Assembly (NCBI GenBank): GCA_947628685.1
Contig: CANRAT010000002.1
Coordinates: 1-41,185, forward strand
Source of the DNA: an uncultured Bacilli bacterium
Lineage (GTDB): Bacteria > Bacillota_I > Bacilli_A > RF39 > UBA660
Length of the DNA: 41,185 nt
Direction of reading: 5' to 3'
Below are positions 25,642-34,723 of this stretch, one piece after another. The notes below the pieces were generated by a model. That model saw only the letters and a list, made by a program, of their open reading frames with translations, searched no databases and was not told the origin of the DNA. The position numbers and the translations under genes are program-made. Within the stretch, counting starts at the first letter, position 1; the number at the start of each line of letters is the position of its first letter.

Positions 25642-28233
25642 ATGTATAATGGACTAACAGATGAAGAAGTATTAAAATCAAGGAAAGAACACGGTAGTAA
25701 TGAACTTGTTAAAACTAAAAAAGATAGCTTTCTTAAATTACTTATAACAACTCTTGGTGACCCTATAATAAAAATACTTTTAATCGCACTCGCTATTAAG
25801 ACAGTTTTTTTATTTAAAAATTTTGATTGGTATGAAACTATAGGTATAGTAATTGCTATAACTCTTGCATCACTTATTTCAACTGTATCAGAATATGGAA
25901 GTGAACAAGCATTTGAAAAATTACAAGAAGAGGTATCAAAAATATTTATAAAAGTAATAAGAAGCGGCAAAAAAAGTGAAATACCTATAGGTGATGTAGT
26001 AGTAGGCGATATAGTAATTTTAGACGCGGGTGATAAAATACCTGCAGATGGAGTTATAGTTAAAGGGAAGGTGAGCGTTGATGAATCTAGTTTAAATGGA
26101 GAAACTAAAGAATCTTATAAAGAATCAGCTATAAACATGAAGCTAGTTAATGATAAAAATAGAGTATATAAAGGAAGTGTTGTTTGCTCTAATAATGCTT
26201 TAATGAAAGTAACTCATGTTGGAGATGATACTTTTTATGGTAAGATTGCTTTAGAACTTCAAGAAAAACAACCTGAAACTCCTTTAAAATTAAGACTTAG
26301 AGAACTAGCTAAATTTATAAGTAAAATAGGATATATAGGAGCGATTTTAGTATTCTTTTCGTATCTATTTAAAGTTGTAGTAATAAATAATAATTTTGAT
26401 TTAAACTTAATTAAAGAAATGATTACTAATTTTCCAATAATTACAGGACATATACTTTATGCATTTACTCTTTGTGTTACTATAATAATAGTGGCAGTAC
26501 CGGAAGGACTCCCTATGATGATAACACTCGTACTTTCATCTAATATGAAGCGAATGCTTAAAAATAATGTTTTAGTTAGAAAATTAGTTGGGATAGAAAC
26601 ATCTGGTAGTATAAATATACTATTTACAGATAAAACAGGAACACTTACTAAAGGTAAACTAGAAGTAAAAGGAATTATAAATGGAGATTTAAATAGTTAT
26701 AAAAATGAAAAAGAACTATTAAAAGATAAAAAATATTATGATATTGTAAAACTTTCATGTGTAGGAAATAATGCAAGTAGTTATTCTGATGATGGTGTGA
26801 TAGGTGGAAATATTACAGATAGAGCAATACTTTCATTTTTTAAAAATGATAATAAAAAAATAAAAAAGGATTTAGTAGTTCCTTTTGATAGTAAAAATAA
26901 ATATTCTATTGCTAAAGTAGATAATTTTAATCTAATAAAAGGTGCACCTGAAGTATTACTTAAATCTTGTTCTACTTATTACGATAAAAATGGTAATATA
27001 AAAAAAATAATTAATAAAATAAGATTAGAAAATTTAATAAATGAGAATACTAAAAAAGGTATAAGAGTACTTTTACTTGCAACTTCTAAAAATAATAATT
27101 ACACTCTTTTTAAAGATTTAACTTTAGTAGGTATAATCCTTATAAAAGATGATATTAGACCTGAGGCTATTAAAGGTGTCGAAATGGTAAAAAACGCTCA
27201 TATAAAAACCATAATGATAACAGGTGATAATAAGGATACCGCAAAAAGTATTGCTAGTGAGGTTGGAATATATGAAAAGGGAGACTTAGTCATAACTAGT
27301 GATGAATTAAATAAAATGTCTGATGAGGAAGTAAAAGATAATTTAATGAAAATATCTGTAGTTGCTAGAAGTCTTCCAACAGATAAAAGTAGATTAGTTA
27401 GAATAAGTGAAGAGATGGACTTAGTAGTAGGCATGACAGGTGATGGAGTAAATGACGCACCAGCCTTAAAAAAGGCTGATGTAGGGTTTAGTATGGGTAG
27501 TGGATGTGAGGTTGCTAAAGAAGCAAGTGATATAGTAATACTTGATGATAATTTTTTATCTATATCTAAAGCAATTTTATTTGGTAGAACTATATTTAAA
27601 AGTATAAGAAAGTTTATAATACTACAGTTAACTATTAATTTATGCGCACTATCTCTATCTATAATAGGTCCATTTATTAATATTGAAATGCCTATTACGG
27701 TCATTCAAATGCTTTGGATAAATATGGTAATGGATACACTTGCAGGACTTGCTTTCTCATTTGAACCTCCTTTAATGGAATATATGAATGAATATCCAAA
27801 GAAAAAAGATGAATCTATAATAAATAAATATATGATTAATCAAATATTTTTAACAGGTGCATATTCATCAATTCTTTGTATACTTTTCTTAAAATTGGAT
27901 GTAATTAAAAATCTATTTAGAAATGAATCTTATTTATATACAGCATTCTTTGGACTGTTTATATTTATAGATATTTTTAATAGTTTTAATGCAAGAACTA
28001 ATAGACTTAATATATTTGCTAATATATATAAAAATAAAATGTTTATATTTATAATTGGATTTATAGTAATAGTACAAATAATACTTATATATTTTGGTGG
28101 TAATGTATTTAGAACTACCGGACTATCTTTATTTGAACTTGAAGTAATGATTCTTTTTGCTTCAACTGTAATACCTTTTGATGCTATAAGGAAGATGTAT
28201 TTAAAGAAAAAAGGTAAAAATACTGGAGTTTGA
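25642..28233 (+). CDS. P-type Ca2+-transporting ATPase (type IIA/IIB-like)
   Basis: DKTGTLT, TGDN, GDGVNDAPAL and the TM4 motif VPEGLP. The ATG at 25642 follows GGAGGG; the track starts at TTG 25630. Confidence 0.9.
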   Translation: MYNGLTDEEVLKSRKEHGSNELVKTKKDSFLKLLITTLGDPIIKILLIALAIKTVFLFKNFDWYETIGIVIAITLASLISTVSEYGSEQAFEKLQEEVSKIFIKVIRSGKKSEIPIGDVVVGDIVILDAGDKIPADGVIVKGKVSVDESSLNGETKESYKESAINMKLVNDKNRVYKGSVVCSNNALMKVTHVGDDTFYGKIALELQEKQPETPLKLRLRELAKFISKIGYIGAILVFFSYLFKVVVINNNFDLNLIKEMITNFPIITGHILYAFTLCVTIIIVAVPEGLPMMITLVLSSNMKRMLKNNVLVRKLVGIETSGSINILFTDKTGTLTKGKLEVKGIINGDLNSYKNEKELLKDKKYYDIVKLSCVGNNASSYSDDGVIGGNITDRAILSFFKNDNKKIKKDLVVPFDSKNKYSIAKVDNFNLIKGAPEVLLKSCSTYYDKNGNIKKIINKIRLENLINENTKKGIRVLLLATSKNNNYTLFKDLTLVGIILIKDDIRPEAIKGVEMVKNAHIKTIMITGDNKDTAKSIASEVGIYEKGDLVITSDELNKMSDEEVKDNLMKISVVARSLPTDKSRLVRISEEMDLVVGMTGDGVNDAPALKKADVGFSMGSGCEVAKEASDIVILDDNFLSISKAILFGRTIFKSIRKFIILQLTINLCALSLSIIGPFINIEMPITVIQMLWINMVMDTLAGLAFSFEPPLMEYMNEYPKKKDESIINKYMINQIFLTGAYSSILCILFLKLDVIKNLFRNESYLYTAFFGLFIFIDIFNSFNARTNRLNIFANIYKNKMFIFIIGFIVIVQIILIYFGGNVFRTTGLSLFELEVMILFASTVIPFDAIRKMYLKKKGKNTGV

Positions 28234-28278
28234 CAATATAAGTGGAAAGTGCTAGAATACTTCCTTGAGGTTGGTTGT

Positions 28279-28770
28279 ATGAAAAAAGTTTTAATTGTAA
28301 TATTTATTAGTTTATTTTTATTTGGATGTTCTAAAGAAAAGACGATAATAGTAAACATATACGAAAATGAAAAAGATGAGGATGTTTTAAAGGAACAATC
28401 TACTATAGATAATAAAACAGAAGTTTATAAAGAGACAAAAGAAGAGAATAAAGAAGTTACTAATCAAAATGTAAGTGTAAATAGTAATAGTGTTACTAAT
28501 GAAATTAAAGAGGATGAAAAAGAAGAATCTACTATAGTAGATAAAGTTAAAGATAAATATAATACTGCTAAAGAATGGTATAGTGAAAATAAAGATGAAC
28601 TAAAAGATATAAATGATGAAATTATTGAAGAAGATAAATCAAAGATAAATGATTTACTTGAAAAGTTTAAAGGTTGGTATGACGAAAACAAAGACGATTT
28701 AAAAAATAGCGCAAAAGAGGTCTATGAGACCGATAAGGAAACATTAAAAGATTTATTTAATAAAAATTAA
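28279..28770 (+). CDS. Lipoprotein, E/K-rich
   Basis: MKKVLIVIFISLFLFGC contains a lipobox. The low-complexity charged body has two W-Y-(S/D)-ENKD-(E/D)-LK repeats. Confidence 0.7.
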   Translation: MKKVLIVIFISLFLFGCSKEKTIIVNIYENEKDEDVLKEQSTIDNKTEVYKETKEENKEVTNQNVSVNSNSVTNEIKEDEKEESTIVDKVKDKYNTAKEWYSENKDELKDINDEIIEEDKSKINDLLEKFKGWYDENKDDLKNSAKEVYETDKETLKDLFNKN

Positions 28771-28817
28771 TGTATAATAAAAAAAATCCTTTCCATATTA
28801 TTAAGGGAGGGATTTAT

Positions 28818-29363
28818 GTGAAAAAATTATTATCAATACTTGGACTTGCTTTAATATTAACCGGTTGTTCATTAGGAAATATGGATAATACGCCTACAAA
28901 GAAAGTCGAATCATATCTTAATAATTATCAAACATTAGATTCAAATGTACTTTCTAGTCTAGATAAAATAGTTAATCAAGAGGAGTTATTTGACGAAGAT
29001 CAAAAAACTACATATAAAGACATATTAAAAAAACATTATCAAGATTTAACTTATACAATTAAAGAAGAAACAGTAAATGGTGATAAAGCAACAGTAGAAG
29101 CAGAAATTGAAGTAACTGATTATACTAAGTCTTTGAAACAAGCAGAAGAATATAGAAAAACAAATCCAAAAGAATTGTTAGATGAAAATGGAATTATAGA
29201 TGAAATAAAATATAATGACTATAGACTAGATCTAATTAAATCAAGTAAAGATAGAGTAAAATATACAATTTATTTTTCTCTAACTAAAATTGATGATGAA
29301 TGGGTATTAGATAATTTAACAGAATCTGAACAAGAAAAATTACTTGGAATATATGAGTACTAG
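28818..29363 (+). CDS. Lipoprotein, unknown function
   Basis: GTG start after GGGAGGG. VKKLLSILGLALILTGC contains a lipobox. Confidence 0.7.
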   Translation: MKKLLSILGLALILTGCSLGNMDNTPTKKVESYLNNYQTLDSNVLSSLDKIVNQEELFDEDQKTTYKDILKKHYQDLTYTIKEETVNGDKATVEAEIEVTDYTKSLKQAEEYRKTNPKELLDENGIIDEIKYNDYRLDLIKSSKDRVKYTIYFSLTKIDDEWVLDNLTESEQEKLLGIYEY

Positions 29364-29404
29364 TAATTTTTTTTTAATTATTGTATAATTGTTATGGTGA
29401 TAGA

Positions 29405-30337
29405 GTGAAACAAAAAACATTTAAAACTTTAGATGAACAAATTGAAATACTTAAAAGTAAGGGATTAGTCATAACAGATATTGAAAAAACAAAGAGTATA
29501 TTACTTAGAGAAAATTACTTTTTTATAAGTGGATATAGACATTTATTTATGAACTCAAGAAAAGATCAGGTATTTATACCAGGAACTACTTTTGAAGAGT
29601 TATATGCAATGTTTATATTTGATAGAAGGGTAAGAAATATATTTTTTAAAAATTTATTAATAATAGAAAATAATATTAAATCGCTTATAAGTTATCAATT
29701 ATCTAAAAAGTATGGATATAAAGAAAAAGAATACCTAGATTCTAAAAACTTTTCTAAGGATCCTATAAAAATTAGACAAGTTCACGATGTGCTTAATAAA
29801 GTTAAAAGACAAATTAGAAATAATGTTAAACAACATTCTGCTACTATGCACTATGTTACCAATTATGGTTATATACCACTTTGGATATTAGTTAAAGTTC
29901 TTTCATTTGGCATAGTATCAGAATTATATAATATATTAGATGAATCAGATAAAATCGAGATTGCTAGCATATATGGTGTAGATATCGAATCATTGGAAAT
30001 TTATTTATCTATATTATCAAATTATAGAAATTTATGCGCACATGAAGATATACTATATGACCATAGAACTCAAAAAGTAATACCAAATACTAGGTTTCAT
30101 TCCAAACTTAATATTGAAATGACGGATGGAGAGTATAATTATGGTAAAAACGATTTGTTTGCTGTTGTTATTATTTTAAAACAATTATTGACAGAAAATG
30201 AATTTAGGGATTTTATAAGTGAAGTGGGGTATGAAATAGATATATTAGAAGGTAAAACTAATATACTTCCAATAAATAATTTTTTAAATAATATAGGCTT
30301 TCCAGATAATTGGAGAGATATTGTAAATATTGATTGA
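29405..30337 (+). CDS. Abi_2 (AbiD/AbiF-like) abortive-infection family protein
   Basis: The N-terminus FKTLDEQIEILKSKGLVI....K..L...NYF.ISGY and the later NLCAHEDILYD are typical of the Abi-like PF07751 family, as recalled. The start is uncertain (TTG 29381 / GTG 29405). Confidence 0.75.
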   Translation: MKQKTFKTLDEQIEILKSKGLVITDIEKTKSILLRENYFFISGYRHLFMNSRKDQVFIPGTTFEELYAMFIFDRRVRNIFFKNLLIIENNIKSLISYQLSKKYGYKEKEYLDSKNFSKDPIKIRQVHDVLNKVKRQIRNNVKQHSATMHYVTNYGYIPLWILVKVLSFGIVSELYNILDESDKIEIASIYGVDIESLEIYLSILSNYRNLCAHEDILYDHRTQKVIPNTRFHSKLNIEMTDGEYNYGKNDLFAVVIILKQLLTENEFRDFISEVGYEIDILEGKTNILPINNFLNNIGFPDNWRDIVNID

Positions 30338-30364
30338 CTATAAATTAAAGTTTATAGTTTTTTT
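30337..30364 (+). terminator. Terminator after the Abi_2 gene
   Basis: ACTATAAA-ttaaag-TTTATAGT stem followed by T6. Confidence 0.6.
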
Positions 30365-30373
30365 ATATTTCTC

Positions 30374-30402
30374 TTGACAATTACTTTAGCACGTGCTAAA
30401 AT
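30374..30402 (+). promoter_or_regulatory. Promoter with an embedded perfect 16-bp palindromic operator
   Basis: TTGACA (30374-30379), 17-bp spacer, TAAAAT (30397-30402). The palindrome TTTAGCACGTGCTAAA (30385-30400) fills the spacer and overlaps the -10. Confidence 0.6.
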
Positions 30403-30411
30403 TATTCTTGG

Positions 30412-30915
30412 GTGATGAAAGTGGAAAATATAATTAGTCAAATAAGAAAAAAACAAGATGAACTAATTGTAATGATTAATTCGACATTTGATGAGATTGT
30501 AAATGATATTTCTAGGATGAATATTTCTAATGTAAAAGAAGATAATGAATTTGAAGTAACATATCCATTAACTAATAAAGCAGGATTTAAAGGAGAAAAA
30601 GTTGTTGCAGTTATTTTAAATGGGAAAAGGGTAATTTCTCCAACTTGGAAAAATGTAGTTAAAATTATATTAGAAGATGCTTTAAATGATGAAGAAAGAT
30701 TAGATAAGATGCATAAATTATCTAATGTATTATTAGGTAGAAAAAGAAATAGAGTATCATCAAATCCAGATGATATGCGCTCTCCTTTAAAGATATGTAA
30801 AGATTTATATGTTGAGACTCACTATGATACAGAGACATTAATCAATCTATTATTAGAAATTTTAAACAACATTTCTTACGATTATAGTAAAATTATGATA
30901 TCAATAAAAAAATAA
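30412..30915 (+). CDS. Hypothetical protein (167 aa)
   Basis: First gene of the operon behind the operator-bearing promoter. No family recognised. Confidence 0.5.
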   Translation: MMKVENIISQIRKKQDELIVMINSTFDEIVNDISRMNISNVKEDNEFEVTYPLTNKAGFKGEKVVAVILNGKRVISPTWKNVVKIILEDALNDEERLDKMHKLSNVLLGRKRNRVSSNPDDMRSPLKICKDLYVETHYDTETLINLLLEILNNISYDYSKIMISIKK

Positions 30916-30936
30916 GTTAGAAAGTTTGGTAATTAT

Positions 30937-31728
30937 ATGGGATTAATAAGTAATGAATTAAAAGAATCAGAAAAATATATGTTAAAAGATGAAAAGATTG
31001 ATAGTCATTTTAATAGTTATTCTATAGTAAAATTGACGCCTGATAATGTTGCAAAAGTAGAAGCTATGATAAATACAGATTCTAATTATAAAAATGCAGA
31101 AGATGATACACTTGGAATGATTTACAGTAAGAATGGAAAAGTAAAATATGTAGGTTCTAGTTCTTATTGGCTTAGGCAATTAAAAGAAGTTATTGAATTC
31201 AAGAAGATTAAGTCAAGTCAAGGATATGTTTATAGTGAAATAATAAAAAATCTAATTATAGCTATAGATAATGAAAATAGTACACATCTAAATTCTGATG
31301 GATGTGGTAGGGTGGCAGTTACAAATAGGATATTAAAAGTGAAAAATAAATTAAAGGAATATTTGGAAAAACCTAATTATAAATTAATTGATATAATTGG
31401 AAGTCCAACTGAAATAGGAGAAAAAAATCACTTTTCATTTGCTACTAAGTTTTGCCATTATTCTTGTTTATACCTATTTAAAGGTAAAAAAGAAGAAGAT
31501 AATTTTTCCGTTTATGATTCTGTTGTAAGGGATGCTTTACCAAAATACATAAAAAGATACTTGAATGAGGATGTTAGGGTAAGCGAATATGAGAATAATT
31601 ATTATGAATTTATTAAATATATTGATAAAATAAGACAAAAAGCTAAACAAGAATACGGTAAAAAAATTAGTCGTAGAGGATTTGATCATTTAATTTGGTA
31701 TTACCACAAAGGTATGAGACAAAAATAA
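30937..31728 (+). CDS. Hypothetical protein (263 aa)
   Basis: Begins 21 nt after the previous gene. SFATKFCHY...VYDSVVRDAL...FDHLIWYY faintly recalls uncharacterised OGG-fold-like families, but this is not verifiable here. Confidence 0.5.
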   Translation: MGLISNELKESEKYMLKDEKIDSHFNSYSIVKLTPDNVAKVEAMINTDSNYKNAEDDTLGMIYSKNGKVKYVGSSSYWLRQLKEVIEFKKIKSSQGYVYSEIIKNLIIAIDNENSTHLNSDGCGRVAVTNRILKVKNKLKEYLEKPNYKLIDIIGSPTEIGEKNHFSFATKFCHYSCLYLFKGKKEEDNFSVYDSVVRDALPKYIKRYLNEDVRVSEYENNYYEFIKYIDKIRQKAKQEYGKKISRRGFDHLIWYYHKGMRQK

Positions 31729-31747
31729 AAGCTGTAATGAAATTCAT

Positions 31748-32398
31748 TCAGCTTCTTTTAAAACAGTGTATAACTCCAATACCACCAAAGACTATAAGTC
31801 CTAAAAGTAAGTATAAATTAATGTCTTTCGTATTTGGATTTTGCTCTTTTAAAATATCTTCTGCAATTGTTTTAGACCATAAAACACCTTTATTATCAGT
31901 TGATGTTAGGGTAATTTCTTTAGGATCTATTTCTATTATTACATATTGATCTATTTTGTTATCTTCATCCCAATCAAAACTATATTTGTATGTAAGTAAA
32001 GTTCCTTTTAAAAGGACATTTTTTAAATTTTCTGGAGTAATTCCAACGTAATCCTTATATGGATATGTCTTTAGTTGTGTAGTTTTATTATCGGGTGTCG
32101 TAACCTTATAACTTGAATTACTATCATCCTTTGGCTTTTCAACTTCGAAACCTATCCAAGCAGCGGGACCGGGTCTATTTTGTGATTCATCTTTCTCTAA
32201 AACTTTAAATGTGGCTACAGAATATCTTATTGTTGTTGTGTTGCCTTCTGTTTTAATAGTTCCTTTCCCAGAAGTTAAAGAATCTCCTGTTCTTTCTGTA
32301 ATATCTGTTACTTTTCCATATTCATCTAAAGCAAAAGTAGTTGGTACTATAGACAAAAATGCTATGATGGCGATGGAAAAAAACAAAATTTTTTTCAT
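31748..32398 (-). CDS. Secreted cell-wall-anchored protein with NPNTK (sortase-B-type) sorting signal
   Basis: Signal peptide (..TTFA/LDE). The C-terminus is NPNTK (31826-31840), then a hydrophobic helix, then CFKRS. Confidence 0.7.
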   Translation of the reverse strand: MKKILFFSIAIIAFLSIVPTTFALDEYGKVTDITERTGDSLTSGKGTIKTEGNTTTIRYSVATFKVLEKDESQNRPGPAAWIGFEVEKPKDDSNSSYKVTTPDNKTTQLKTYPYKDYVGITPENLKNVLLKGTLLTYKYSFDWDEDNKIDQYVIIEIDPKEITLTSTDNKGVLWSKTIAEDILKEQNPNTKDINLYLLLGLIVFGGIGVIHCFKRS

Positions 32399-32460
32399 AA
32401 ACTAACTCCTTTTTTCATAATAATATTTTAGCCATAATTTTATATTTGGGGTGATTAAAT

Positions 32461-33324
32461 TTGAAAAAATATATGACTATCGAAGAGTATTTAAAAACAC
32501 AAGTGGCAAAAGAAAAAAAAGATAAAAGGAAAATATTCCGATATATTTTTGGCATATTGTGTCTTAGTATCATTCTCTTCTCACTATATACTATATTTAA
32601 TTGGTGCTTAGATAATTCCAAAATTAAAAAAATTAATAGAGAAATTATGGAAAGTATAAATGTTGATAATAGTAATAGTGAAGGTTTACTTGTAAATCCA
32701 CCAGAGGATAAGAATAGTGATTATTACTATTACGCAAAAAATCCGTTTTTTCAAGTTAGTTTTTCTATTTTATCATCTATGAATAGTGATACTGTTGCAT
32801 ATATCCGAATTAGAAATACAAATATTAAATATCCTATAGTTAAATCAACTGATAACGATTATTATTTAAAACATTCTTTTGATAAAAGTGAAAATAAAGC
32901 AGGTTGGATTTTTATGGATTATAGAAGTGACTTAAATAATCTTGGAGATAATACAGTTATTTATGGACATGCTAGATTAGATGGAACGATGTTTGGTTCG
33001 TTAAAAAATACTTTAACTGATAAATGGCAAAGTGATAAAGACAATTATGTAATTTTTATATCTACCCCAAAAGAAAATATGATATTTCAAATATTTTCAA
33101 TTTATACTATTAAGCGTGAGAGTTATTATATAACGCAAAATTTTTATAATAGTAGTGATAAGCAAAAATGGATAGATGAGATGAAAAGGAGGAATGTTGC
33201 TCCTATTAATGCAGAAGTTAATACTGATGATAAGTTTTTAACTTTATCTACTTGTCAAAACAATGGTGATGGAAGGGTTGTTGTTCACGCAAAATTGATT
33301 AAAAAGCAAAAAAGAGTAGATTAA
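32461..33324 (+). CDS. srtB: Class B sortase
   Basis: 287 aa. TM anchor, VAYIRIRNTNIKYPIVKSTDNDYYLKHSF, VIYGHARLDG, LTLSTC and GRVVVHAKL. TTG start. Divergent from its candidate substrate. Confidence 0.85.
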   Translation: MKKYMTIEEYLKTQVAKEKKDKRKIFRYIFGILCLSIILFSLYTIFNWCLDNSKIKKINREIMESINVDNSNSEGLLVNPPEDKNSDYYYYAKNPFFQVSFSILSSMNSDTVAYIRIRNTNIKYPIVKSTDNDYYLKHSFDKSENKAGWIFMDYRSDLNNLGDNTVIYGHARLDGTMFGSLKNTLTDKWQSDKDNYVIFISTPKENMIFQIFSIYTIKRESYYITQNFYNSSDKQKWIDEMKRRNVAPINAEVNTDDKFLTLSTCQNNGDGRVVVHAKLIKKQKRVD

Positions 33325-33536
33325 GTTATTACATACAATAATAATTAACAGGTATTTTTTAATATATTAAAGATTATGAAATTTTATATGATACAAAAAA
33401 TAGTTCTTGTTTCTTTAAAAAAATTATAAAATTAAATTGGATATGTTTATTTAATGAGTAAATGATATTTTTCTGTTTGAATCTATTAACTAAATATAAC
33501 AAATAGTGTATAATTAGTATATGTGAGGTGAATATC

Positions 33537-34205
33537 ATGGACAAATTAAACATATTTGTAGATGAAACAGGTGAATTTGGATTTGGTAATGGTGCGTCAA
33601 AGTTATATGGTGTTTCATTTACTTTTCATGAGCAAAATGATGATATTATGCTTGAATTAAATAAACTAAATGATAGGTTAGAGAAAATTGGATATACTGA
33701 TATGATTCATATGGCTGACTTAATCATGAAAAGAAAAGATTATTCTAGATTTTCCATAGACAAAAGAAAAAGCATATTTAATTCAATATATCAATTTTCT
33801 AGAAAAATACCTGTAAAATATAAAACTATAATTATAGATAAAAAATATACCGATAATGGGAGAATATTAAGGCAAAAGATATCGATAGAAATTAATAATA
33901 TGGTTAAAGAACATGAAAAATATTTTAGCAAGTTTGATAGCATAGTGATGTATTATGATAATGGGCAAGAAGTATTAGGAACTATTTTAGATGCTATATT
34001 TTCAAGATATGAAGGTTTTGAACATAGAGTTGAATTTGATCATAAAGAAAAAAGATTATTTCAAGTTTCAGATATGCTTACTTATATTGATAAATACGAT
34101 TATAAATATAAAAATAAAATGCCTTTTACCAAAAGTGAAAAATATTTCTTTAATTTAGATGAAATTAGGAGAATATTAAAGGAGCTTAATAAAAAACGCT
34201 TTTAA
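33537..34205 (+). CDS. DUF3800 family protein
   Basis: LNIFVDETGEFG at the N-terminus is the DUF3800 hallmark (acidic DE(S/T)G). The size fits. The ATG at 33537 follows GAGGTGA. Confidence 0.65.
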   Translation: MDKLNIFVDETGEFGFGNGASKLYGVSFTFHEQNDDIMLELNKLNDRLEKIGYTDMIHMADLIMKRKDYSRFSIDKRKSIFNSIYQFSRKIPVKYKTIIIDKKYTDNGRILRQKISIEINNMVKEHEKYFSKFDSIVMYYDNGQEVLGTILDAIFSRYEGFEHRVEFDHKEKRLFQVSDMLTYIDKYDYKYKNKMPFTKSEKYFFNLDEIRRILKELNKKRF

Positions 34206-34210
34206 CCATT

Positions 34211-34238
34211 AAAAAAGCACCATGAAGGTTGCTTTTTT
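34211..34238 (+). terminator. Terminator after the DUF3800 gene
   Basis: AAAAAAGCACC-atgaa-GGTTGCTTTTTT. Confidence 0.55.
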
Positions 34239-34240
34239 AA

Positions 34241-34275
34241 GCGGCGCTTGGCGCCAACACGGGTTTGATCCGATG
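34241..34275. other. Isolated GC-rich palindromic element
   Basis: GCGGCGCTTGGCGCCAACACGGGTTTGATCCG contains GGCGC-ttg-GCGCC. It contrasts strongly with the AT-rich surroundings. Confidence 0.4.
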
Positions 34276-34723
34276 AATTAATTCAACAGACCAAGATGTA
34301 GATATAATAACATCTACAATATTATTATATCTATTCTACAAGTAAATTATACCAAACATATTTTTAAAAGTAAATATATAAGATAAAAATTTCTTGTTTG
34401 TAGTTAGTTATTTTACACTAAATATATTTAAAATGTCAATACATTTTTACTAATTTTCTAAGATATATTATTATAATAGTACTAAAAGTAGAAAAATAAA
34501 ATTTCTGTTTAAAAACAAGATTTTATCCTGTTAAAAATAAATATAATTATTTTTTGATATACTTCAAAATTGGGTAAAGTTTTTACTGCTCCACCTTGAA
34601 TATTCGTAAATTCTTCATTCGACATATATTATACTGTAAAAATATTGAAATTCTTTTTAAAAATTTGAAATTTTATAAAAAAGTTATATAATATATTAAA
34701 TTTATTGATTAAAGAGGTGTGAT

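Noticed and set aside
30385-30400. Possible parS site, because of the CACGTG core and the parAB genes in the window.
   Set aside because: The Firmicute parS consensus is TGTTNCACGTGAAACA. Here the arms are TTTAG/CTAAA, and the site sits exactly in a promoter spacer 23 kb from parB, so an operator is the better reading. I found no convincing parS elsewhere by eye (GTGAAACA at about 2350 and 29405 lack the left half), but a computational scan is needed.
31695-32621. Plus-strand ORFs 31695-31949 and 32211-32405, and minus-strand ORF 32415-32621.
   Set aside because: The first two overlap the SrtB-substrate gene on the opposite strand. The third overlaps the 5' end of srtB. None has an RBS or a recognisable motif.
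34241-34275. tRNA gene or tRNA 3' fragment (GGGTTTGATCC resembles a T-loop; the minus strand reads ...TTGGCGCCA).
   Set aside because: I could not build a T-arm, acceptor stem or anticodon arm on either strand. At most it is a decayed fragment, so it is kept only as an unexplained GC-rich element.
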